The notes under the pieces: model-generated
Database searches by the model: none
What the model was told of the DNA's origin: nothing
What the model saw: only the letters and a program-made list of their open reading frames with translations
In this document: positions 49,719 to 57,435 of the stretch, one piece after another
Layout: each line of letters starts with the position of its first letter
Numbering within the stretch: position 1 is the stretch's first letter
Assembly: GCA_037138335.1 (NCBI GenBank)
Contig: JBAXIO010000009.1
Span: 110,262-174,261 of the forward strand
Origin: Bacteroidota bacterium
GTDB taxonomy: Bacteria; Bacteroidota; Bacteroidia; Bacteroidales; FEN-979
Direction of reading: 5' to 3'
Length of the DNA stretch: 64,000 bases
Made by a program: the position numbers and the translations under genes

Positions 49719-51905
49719 TCATAGATTTAAACGCAGGTTCACAAAGAATTCCCTGCCCGGGGCAGGCTGGTAGGAATTGTAATCCACGCCATTGTTGGGT
49801 TCTGTAAAACCAAAATACTTCGTGTCGAACACGTTCTTGACATAAAAACCAAGATCGCCCCTCAGCCACCCAAGCTTCCATTTGTAATGCAGGTCAACAT
49901 TCCAGAGGTTATACCCGCTCACCCATGAACTTCTTACACTGCCCGGCTGGTAATAAGTCTGCCCGATGGTATAATTGTTATAAATGGAATCGTCAACCTG
50001 TATGCAATACTTCGACTGCCACTGGCTTGCTATTCCGACGCTGAAATTTTTAAGGAAAGAATAGGTAACTTCAGCATACAGCATGTTCCTCGGGCTGTTT
50101 GGCATCCAATGGGTCCATTGAACTTTTGCCGTGTCGGCCGAATTGTAAGTGAAATTGGAATAGGTATAAGCAGCGTCAATGATCAGGTTTTTAACAGGCG
50201 ACCAGGAAACGAAAGTTTCAATCCCCCATTTGGTGCTTTTTCCCATATTGCCATAGAAAGCCGTGTTATTTCCCCTGCTTGCTATGCCATACCTGTAGAA
50301 CTCATTATTCGACCAGATGTCAAAGAAAGTGACATCGTAATGTAACACTTTCCCCACATCTCCCCTTATACCAAGGTCAATCCCCTGAGATGATGAAGGT
50401 TTGATCAGGTTGTTAAAACCACCGTAGGCCTGGGGATTGTTATAAAGTTCATCATTTGAAGGGGTTAGGAACCCGGTACCATAACTGGCAAAAACATTGA
50501 AAGGCCTGATGATATCCCAGGCAAGGCCGAAACGGTAGGTCGGTTTATCATAGGTTTTACTTCCATTGGGGCTGATCGAATCGGGAACCGGGATGTTACT
50601 TTGCAGGCTGCTGTAAACATTATCGTAACGCAGGTTTAACAAGGCATGCAGTTTCGGGGTGATATCCAGCTTGTCGATCAGGAACACACCAATGCTCCTC
50701 TGCCTGATGATCTGGTTGATCAGGATCTGGTCGAGGTCGAAACATTCGCGGCTCCAGTAGGAATCAACCCGGGTTGAGTCCCTGTGCCCTTCGTCAGGAA
50801 CGGCAAACATATGCTCGGTAATGGTCTGGGTCTGGTAATCTGCTCCAAGGCTCAGGAGGTTTTTTACACTGCTTTTGCCCAGGTGAAGGTTGTACTGGGC
50901 TGATGCACCCATGTTGATGTAGGGTTTATAGTCATCGCCGTTGTTGGAAGTTTCCCTGTAATTATTCATCCTGGCAAAAGCTCTCGCTGTAATGTCCTGG
51001 TTATTGCAGATATCGAATTTAGCAATCAGGGCGCCGGTGAGGCGTTTGGTTTCATGGAATTCGTTGTAAGGAACAGCATCGGTATTGGCAGCCCTGGGGC
51101 CGAAAGTCTCATACCGGTACATATTGATACCTTCTGAATTCTGGTTAAAGTAATTGGTATAAGTCAGCAACTGTGTGATCTGGATCTTCTCTGAAGGTTT
51201 CCAATTGATTTTTTCACTGAAATTATCTCCCATGAATGACTGGTGTTCACGGTATCCATGGCCTTGCATATGCGAATATGACACGCGGTAGTTGATCTTG
51301 TCATGGGTCCCGTCGACCTGCCCAAGAATCTTCCAGTAACCGTATGAACCTGCAGAACCCATCAGGGTTGCATTTACAGGTTTGCTCCCCCCGTTATCGG
51401 TGATGATATTGACCACCCCGCCGGTTGCATTAGCGCCGTATAGTGATGCTGCCAGTCCGCGTACGACCTCAACATTCTTCACTACGCTCCAATCCACATC
51501 ATAAAGGTCGGGGCAATATCCGCCCGGGTCATTTACCGGGATGCCGTCGATCAGTACCTGTATCCCCCTGAACCCGCTTTCGGAAAGGATACCCTGCCCG
51601 CGAATATAAAGATGCACCCTTGATCCATCGGTGCCGTTCTCGACTTTCACACCCGGAACCAGGCGCAATGCCTCGTCGGGGGCAATAGTCTTGCTGAACT
51701 CCTGCAACTGGGCTTTGTTTATAACTGAGATGGGAGCAGGAAGTTCTTTAAGCGGGGTCACGGTGCGCATGGCGCTAACCATCACCTCGTCAAGCTTCAC
51801 AGTGTCCCTGGTGAAAATTACTTTGTCATTAAGGTTTTTCTGGCCCATCCCCTGGAATGCAAAAGCAATTAACAGGAGCAAGCCGGTAAGTAAACGTGTT
51901 TTCAT
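49719..51905 (-). CDS. TonB-dependent receptor (no adjacent SusD, no N-terminal extension)
   Basis: Signal peptide; TonB-box-like LDEVMVSA; plug motifs LRLVPGV, IRGQG, VLIDGIPVN, VEVVRGLAASLYGANATGGVVNIIT; C-terminal KNVFDTKY...PGREFFVNLRLNL. Confidence 0.93.
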   Translation of the reverse strand: MKTRLLTGLLLLIAFAFQGMGQKNLNDKVIFTRDTVKLDEVMVSAMRTVTPLKELPAPISVINKAQLQEFSKTIAPDEALRLVPGVKVENGTDGSRVHLYIRGQGILSESGFRGIQVLIDGIPVNDPGGYCPDLYDVDWSVVKNVEVVRGLAASLYGANATGGVVNIITDNGGSKPVNATLMGSAGSYGYWKILGQVDGTHDKINYRVSYSHMQGHGYREHQSFMGDNFSEKINWKPSEKIQITQLLTYTNYFNQNSEGINMYRYETFGPRAANTDAVPYNEFHETKRLTGALIAKFDICNNQDITARAFARMNNYRETSNNGDDYKPYINMGASAQYNLHLGKSSVKNLLSLGADYQTQTITEHMFAVPDEGHRDSTRVDSYWSRECFDLDQILINQIIRQRSIGVFLIDKLDITPKLHALLNLRYDNVYSSLQSNIPVPDSISPNGSKTYDKPTYRFGLAWDIIRPFNVFASYGTGFLTPSNDELYNNPQAYGGFNNLIKPSSSQGIDLGIRGDVGKVLHYDVTFFDIWSNNEFYRYGIASRGNNTAFYGNMGKSTKWGIETFVSWSPVKNLIIDAAYTYSNFTYNSADTAKVQWTHWMPNSPRNMLYAEVTYSFLKNFSVGIASQWQSKYCIQVDDSIYNNYTIGQTYYQPGSVRSSWVSGYNLWNVDLHYKWKLGWLRGDLGFYVKNVFDTKYFGFTEPNNGVDYNSYQPAPGREFFVNLRLNL

Positions 51906-52037
51906 TGTAAAATATTTAAAGTATGAAATAGCAAACTGTTTTTGATAATCCTGTCAGGATTAATACTGATCCCTGCGCTAAATGGCATGACATCATCGTA
52001 ATCTTTACGAAAAATCAAAGCGGAAGGGAAAGAAAAG

Positions 52038-52538
52038 TCAGGCTGTTTCGGGGGGGGGAGAGAATGGTCTCAACGGGTTACCGTCAAAATTTTCACTTAC
52101 CGTGGGGTAAGTGATTCTTGTTGTTGCTGGCGGATGAGCAAGTTCCATTGTTACCGGCAGCGCGATGCTAACAAGATGCTGAAGCAGATTGGTCGCTTTT
52201 TTCTTCTGTTGCATACTATTCATGCCCGCAATCAGGTTTTCCTCCTTTGTATCGCGGATACAGTAGAATGTAACGGTTTTGCCTTTTCTTATTTCCTTCG
52301 ACACATCGTATAAGTTCCCGTGATAAACGATTTCATGTTTGTCGACGCGGCGAAAAGCAGGATCCGCCGATGGGTTGTATACTGAAAATACCGAAAGTTC
52401 ATTATCGAGGCAGCCGTGTTCCAGCAGGCTGGTGACCTCTTTTTTTAACAGGTAGCGGTCAAGCTCATACACAATATAATAGCCTGCAGTGTTAAAGAGC
52501 ATTGCAAAAAGCATAAATACCGGCAGAATCTTTTTCAT
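52038..52538 (-). CDS. Hypothetical exported/membrane-anchored protein upstream of the TonB receptor, ending in PFSPPPETA
   Basis: N-terminal hydrophobic segment; HEIVYHGNLYDV and YCIRDTKEE motifs; Pro-rich tail; ATG overlaps the upstream stop (TAATG). Confidence 0.75.
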   Translation of the reverse strand: MKKILPVFMLFAMLFNTAGYYIVYELDRYLLKKEVTSLLEHGCLDNELSVFSVYNPSADPAFRRVDKHEIVYHGNLYDVSKEIRKGKTVTFYCIRDTKEENLIAGMNSMQQKKKATNLLQHLVSIALPVTMELAHPPATTRITYPTVSENFDGNPLRPFSPPPETA

Positions 52539-55500
52539 TACCTGCAGATGACCAGTTTTCCGGAAACTGTTCCAACTTTCCTGTGAATGTTGACTATATA
52601 GATCCCGGAAGGAAGATATGCAAAGTTAATTGTTTTTATAATCCTGCCTGAAGCAATGATATTATTTTCCTCAAAGACCTGCTTCTGTTGAAGATCTTCT
52701 ATTGTGATCCCGATACTTTCCTTCATGGGGGAAAAAATATCGAGGGTAACATTATCCCGGGCAGGATTAGGGTAAAGGTTCACTGAAAAAACGCTCTTTT
52801 CCTCTCCTGTTCCAAGGCAGTTTTTAAAAGTAAGCCATACCGAATCGGTTTTATAACAGCCTGCGGTATTCATGGTTTTAAGGCGGAAAAGCCTTGTTAC
52901 GGTACCCCCTGCGATGGCGGTATCTATGACTACCGTGGGAGCAGTCAGATTTCCCGGGGTCCAGAGGTAGGAATGCACATTGGTGGTATCGGCGCTGAGG
53001 GTGATGGTTTGCCAGTGGCAGACCGTATCTTTAGGGAAAACGCTGATCTCTGCGACGGGGAGCCCCGCGATCGTAAGTTTTTTCAACCTGGTAATTCTTG
53101 CGTATTTACTGTATGCTGTAAGGCTTAGGCTGGTTGCACCGTTAATGACATCCCTGCTCCCGGGGGTATAAACCGGTCCCGGGATCCTGCTGTCGTTAAA
53201 AATGCCGTCACCTGAAGCCGACCACCTTAGGGAATCATAATGCATGACTGTCGCCTGAAGGGTACAACTTGAACCTGCACAGATAGTCTGGTCTGGGCCG
53301 ATGGAAACATAAGGCAATACGGGAACCGGGAAGACAATATAATCGACCCATACCTGGTCGGTGCCGCCGCTTTCGGCCAGGTCTTTCTGATAGATCCATT
53401 TATAAGAATGTGTCCCTGCCGTAACAGGGAATGCAGCCCTGGTCCAGGGGGTTTCTCCCGACCATTGCGATTGAAGGGTGTTGTCGATAAAGAACATGAG
53501 AAAATCATAATCCTGCTCGGTGGAGGTTTTGTACCAGAAACTTATACTGTCGTCGGCGAAAGATGTATAAGTAACTAACATCTGGCAGCTTTGCTCATCG
53601 CCAATGGGTTTGGAAACAGCCGTGTAAAGGCCTTCATACGGCTTGATATTTGTGATGCCCCAGGAGGAATTCCCTGCAAAATTCCAGGGAAATTTGGTAA
53701 AGGTATTGGTCTCCCAGTCTTCCACCACAGCGCCTATGAGTTTGTAGAAACTTGCATGGCGGATGTACCTGCCGCTTTGCGCGGTAAAATTCAGCCTGGT
53801 TCCGGTCGAGGCAGGTGCGGTATCGCTCACCCTGACCGTGTAATGAAGGTTCATGGTCTGAGACGGGTGAATGGTATCTGCAAAAACCGAATCGTTGAGC
53901 AAAGAAAGATAAGGCGAGTCGGTTGATAGTTTGCCTAAGGTTCCCGGGCAGGGATAATCCCCCGCATTGGAGAGTATCAGGATTACATCAACCGTCTCAC
54001 CCGGGTCGAAGCTCCCGTTATTATTCCCCGCCGTATCAAGAATGCTCATGTTCGCAATTTCCAGTCCGGGAGCACGGGAATCTAAGGCAAAATGGCTGTC
54101 CCAGGAAGTGTCGGCATTGCTCACGCTGATGTTGAAACGTATTTTCTGATGACAAGGGATGGTATCATTCACTTTAAACGCAAACCCCGAGGGTACGGTT
54201 CCCGTTCCTCCCGCGCTGATGCTGGAATAAGGTTCCACGGAATCGGTCATTATAATGTAGGGGGAAGGGGAAGTAACCTTGACAATGAGGTTGTTTGAAG
54301 CCTGGTCGCCGATGTTTTTCACCCCAAGGCTAAGCTGGAGGGAGTCGCCGAACTTAAGGACAGCCGGGTTCCCGGTAGAAATTTCCGACAATTCGCTGGA
54401 ATAATACATTATCCAGGGCTGGCCCGGGGCCGGGCCAAGGTCGAAAGGGGAAGTCCAGGTCATTGTTTGCCCTCCGGGAAGGCGGTTATCGGTCCATACG
54501 GGATACACTTTCATATTAAGCGACTGTATGCCGATATAATCGCCAAAGTAATTGAATGCCAGTCCGGGCACAGGCGCAGGGGTGAATGCAACATCGCTGA
54601 CCCTGAAATCGGTAAAGCTGTTCCCCCCGTCGTAAGACCAGGATACCCAGGTCTCTGCTTCCGTTGGGGATACATTCCGGTCATCATAATAGATCACGCA
54701 TATCCCCCCGGTCACCGCATCGACGGAGATCCAGGGGAAAAAATGCTGTTTGCCTTGGGCGGGTGCATCCTGGTTGACTTTCACAGGAACCGACCATGTA
54801 TTCCCCTTATCGGCCGACTTAATAAGGTACACATCGATATCGCTGCCGGTATTGGTCCCGGGGGTTCCAACATTGGCCCAGACAACATAAAGGGTTCCCC
54901 GGTTCGGACCGTTGCTGAGGTCAACTGCCATGGATGGGAAAGAATTTACCCTCATGGCTTTCGAAGTCATGCTGCTGCGTATACCTTTGATATTATTGAT
55001 AATCCGTGTAGAGGGCTGCCATATGCCCCCGCCATCAAATGACCTTACAAACCCTATGGCCTTTTCATCGCCTGGCCAGGTGTCGTATATGCTCCAGGCC
55101 ATGTATGCTTCCCCGGCCGGCCCGGAAGCGATATTGACGCCATGGTTCAATTTCAGTGCATTTGCATTTCGGCTGACAGCTAAAGGTGAACTCCAGTGAA
55201 GCCCGCCGTCAATGCTTCGTGAAACCTGCACCTGGCATGTATCGGGCGATGCAGTGACGAAATTCGTCCAGGCTGCATATAAATTACCCTGGAAAGGGCT
55301 GGAAACCGAATTGTCTATCCATAAATGATTTTTATCCAGAGTTCCGTAAACATTGGCAGGGCCTGCCGCGACCAGAATTTCATTCCAAGTAATACCCTTG
55401 TCATCACTGTAAGCAACACTCTGTCCCAGGGTATTGTTGATCTTGCCTATAAACCATCTTCCGTCCCTGCTTATGGCTGTCGACGGGTCGCCATTGTTTG

Positions 55501-55960
55501 GTTTTCCGGCCCCGAGATAGCGGCCTCCCCAGGTAAGACCGTTGTCGGAAGAACTGTAGGAATCGGCTCCGAAAAGGGCCCGTGCCGAGCCTGAAGACCA
55601 GTCGGTCGAATTGTTTGAGATCAGCACATTATCCTCATCCTCAGGATCGATAAAAACCGAATTCTCGCTTTGGGTCAGGCCGGTACTGGAGGTTACCGGC
55701 ACATCGGGGGAATCCTGAGGGGAAAAAGCGGCCGCCCTCATAAACAGCGAGCCTGGTTTGGGTGCTACCCAGGGTAATGTTGCCTGGGTTTTAACGTAGC
55801 CCTGCCTGACCATACTTTTCCAGTAACCGATATTATCGACATAAGGCACAACGATCCCTTTGCCTGCAGGAGTGATCCCGGGGAGGTTTGACAACCTCTG
55901 GGGATATGCAACCAGGCTGAAAACAAACAGTATGCCAAGCAGGCAGCATAGCTTCTTCAT
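52538..55960 (-). CDS. T9SS-secreted Asp-box (BNR/sialidase-like beta-propeller) protein
   Basis: Signal peptide from ATG 55960; six Asp-boxes (SSDNGLTW, SDDKGITW, SIDGGLHW, SFDGGGIW, SADKGNTW, SYDGGNSF); FGDYIGI; Ig-like repeats; CTD LYPNPA...SGIYIV...KLVI. Confidence 0.82.
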   Translation of the reverse strand: MKKLCCLLGILFVFSLVAYPQRLSNLPGITPAGKGIVVPYVDNIGYWKSMVRQGYVKTQATLPWVAPKPGSLFMRAAAFSPQDSPDVPVTSSTGLTQSENSVFIDPEDEDNVLISNNSTDWSSGSARALFGADSYSSSDNGLTWGGRYLGAGKPNNGDPSTAISRDGRWFIGKINNTLGQSVAYSDDKGITWNEILVAAGPANVYGTLDKNHLWIDNSVSSPFQGNLYAAWTNFVTASPDTCQVQVSRSIDGGLHWSSPLAVSRNANALKLNHGVNIASGPAGEAYMAWSIYDTWPGDEKAIGFVRSFDGGGIWQPSTRIINNIKGIRSSMTSKAMRVNSFPSMAVDLSNGPNRGTLYVVWANVGTPGTNTGSDIDVYLIKSADKGNTWSVPVKVNQDAPAQGKQHFFPWISVDAVTGGICVIYYDDRNVSPTEAETWVSWSYDGGNSFTDFRVSDVAFTPAPVPGLAFNYFGDYIGIQSLNMKVYPVWTDNRLPGGQTMTWTSPFDLGPAPGQPWIMYYSSELSEISTGNPAVLKFGDSLQLSLGVKNIGDQASNNLIVKVTSPSPYIIMTDSVEPYSSISAGGTGTVPSGFAFKVNDTIPCHQKIRFNISVSNADTSWDSHFALDSRAPGLEIANMSILDTAGNNNGSFDPGETVDVILILSNAGDYPCPGTLGKLSTDSPYLSLLNDSVFADTIHPSQTMNLHYTVRVSDTAPASTGTRLNFTAQSGRYIRHASFYKLIGAVVEDWETNTFTKFPWNFAGNSSWGITNIKPYEGLYTAVSKPIGDEQSCQMLVTYTSFADDSISFWYKTSTEQDYDFLMFFIDNTLQSQWSGETPWTRAAFPVTAGTHSYKWIYQKDLAESGGTDQVWVDYIVFPVPVLPYVSIGPDQTICAGSSCTLQATVMHYDSLRWSASGDGIFNDSRIPGPVYTPGSRDVINGATSLSLTAYSKYARITRLKKLTIAGLPVAEISVFPKDTVCHWQTITLSADTTNVHSYLWTPGNLTAPTVVIDTAIAGGTVTRLFRLKTMNTAGCYKTDSVWLTFKNCLGTGEEKSVFSVNLYPNPARDNVTLDIFSPMKESIGITIEDLQQKQVFEENNIIASGRIIKTINFAYLPSGIYIVNIHRKVGTVSGKLVICR

Positions 55961-56026
55961 TGTATTTAATCTCAATAAGTACAAAGGTAAGGAATAATTC
56001 AAGGGAAAGATTCGTAACTTTGAGCT

Positions 56027-56101
56027 GTGACTAGTGACTAGTGACTGGTGACTAAATACAGTAACCGATAACCAGTCACTGTTCACTATTTACAAGTCAC
56101 T
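56027..56101. repeat. Heptamer array with inverted arm in the 5' UTR of the CNNM gene
   Basis: gtgacta gtgacta gtgactg gtgacta, loop, agtaacc gataacc agtcact gttcact atttaca agtcact; between TAACTTTG (56015-56022) and ATG 56113. Confidence 0.82.
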
Positions 56102-56112
56102 AACAAAAAAGT

Positions 56113-57402
56113 ATGGTAATTGAAATTATAATTTTATTCTTCCTTTTCCTTGTCAACGGCCTTTTTGTGATGACCGAGATTGCTCTGGTTTCATCGCGCA
56201 AGACCAGGCTTGAACTGGATGCACAGTCGGGTGACAAAGGGGCGCGCATAGCGCTGGAACATGTGAGCAAGCCTGCCCGGATCCTTTCAACGTTCCAGAT
56301 AGCCATCACCCTTATAGGGATCCTGACCGGGGTTTTCAGCGGGGCAGAGATCTCTGCAGGATTTGCCTTATTGCTTGTTTCGGCAGGTGTTTCACAATCC
56401 ATTGCCGGGACATTGGCCCTGACTATCGTTGTGATCGTGGTAACCCTTGTTTCCATGCTGATAGGTGAGCTTGTCCCTAAACGCATAGGGTTGTTAAATC
56501 CTGAAGGGATATCCAAAGTGATGATACGGCCGATAGTGGCTATTTCATATGTGCTCAAGCCGGTTACCTGGCTGCTCACCAGGTTGAGCGACCTCATCAT
56601 CGGTTTTCTCGGGATAAAGACATCCGCCGACTCAAAAGTAACTGAAGAAGAGATCAAGGCCATGGTTCAGGAAGGAACGGAGGATGGCGAGGTGCAGGAG
56701 ATCGAACAGGATATAGTGGAGAGGGTTTTTCACCTGGGCGACCAGAAGATCGCTTCCCTCATGACCCATTATTCGGATATTACCTGGCTGGATGCCAACG
56801 AAAGCCTTGAAGAGAACTGGAAAAAGATGAGGGAAGAGGTCCATTCGGTATACCCGGTCTGCCTCGACGACCTGGATAATGTTCTGGGGGTGGTCTATAT
56901 CAAGGACCTTTTTTTACATTCTCAGCCTGATGCAGAGCTGAACCTGAAGGATTACATCAAACCCGCCCAGCTTGTGCTTGAAACCCTTACAGCATACGAG
57001 TCGCTGGAGTTGTTCAAGGAACATAAGATCCATTACGGACTGGTCATTGACGAGTACGGTTCTATTGTGGGGATGGTGACCCTTAATGATATCCTTGAAG
57101 CCATCGTAGGGGATTTTAACGAGCCTGACCCCGATGAGCCCCAGATCAATATAAGGGACGACGGGAGCTGGCTGGCCGACGGGCAGATGTCGTTCTATGA
57201 ATTTGCATACGAATTCAACCTCCAGGGCTTCGATAAAACGAGGGTAAAATTCAACACACTGGCAGGACTGGCAATAAGCATCCTCAGGCATATCCCGAAA
57301 CCGGGAGAAAAGTTCTGCTTCATGGGATTCGAATTTGAGATAGTCGACCTTGACGGCAACCGCATCGACAAACTGATTATAAAAAAAGTGGCAGAGGGTT
57401 GA
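56113..57402 (+). CDS. Hemolysin-family CNNM/CorC protein (DUF21 + CBS pair + CorC_HlyC)
   Basis: NGLFVMTEIALVSSR, GELVPKRI, VTEEEIKAMV, HSVYPV, VIDEYGSIVGMVTLNDILEAIVG, FEIVDLDGNRIDK. Confidence 0.93.
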   Translation: MVIEIIILFFLFLVNGLFVMTEIALVSSRKTRLELDAQSGDKGARIALEHVSKPARILSTFQIAITLIGILTGVFSGAEISAGFALLLVSAGVSQSIAGTLALTIVVIVVTLVSMLIGELVPKRIGLLNPEGISKVMIRPIVAISYVLKPVTWLLTRLSDLIIGFLGIKTSADSKVTEEEIKAMVQEGTEDGEVQEIEQDIVERVFHLGDQKIASLMTHYSDITWLDANESLEENWKKMREEVHSVYPVCLDDLDNVLGVVYIKDLFLHSQPDAELNLKDYIKPAQLVLETLTAYESLELFKEHKIHYGLVIDEYGSIVGMVTLNDILEAIVGDFNEPDPDEPQINIRDDGSWLADGQMSFYEFAYEFNLQGFDKTRVKFNTLAGLAISILRHIPKPGEKFCFMGFEFEIVDLDGNRIDKLIIKKVAEG

Positions 57403-57435
57403 CCCCTGTCACTCTCGTTTCATATCCGTTGATTC

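Noticed and set aside
55961-56086. N-terminal extension of the 1182-aa ORF, and likewise 62884-63120, 21390-21503 and 14113-14148
   Set aside because: The extensions run through promoters, repeats or neighbouring genes; downstream ATGs give proper signal peptides or coupled starts.
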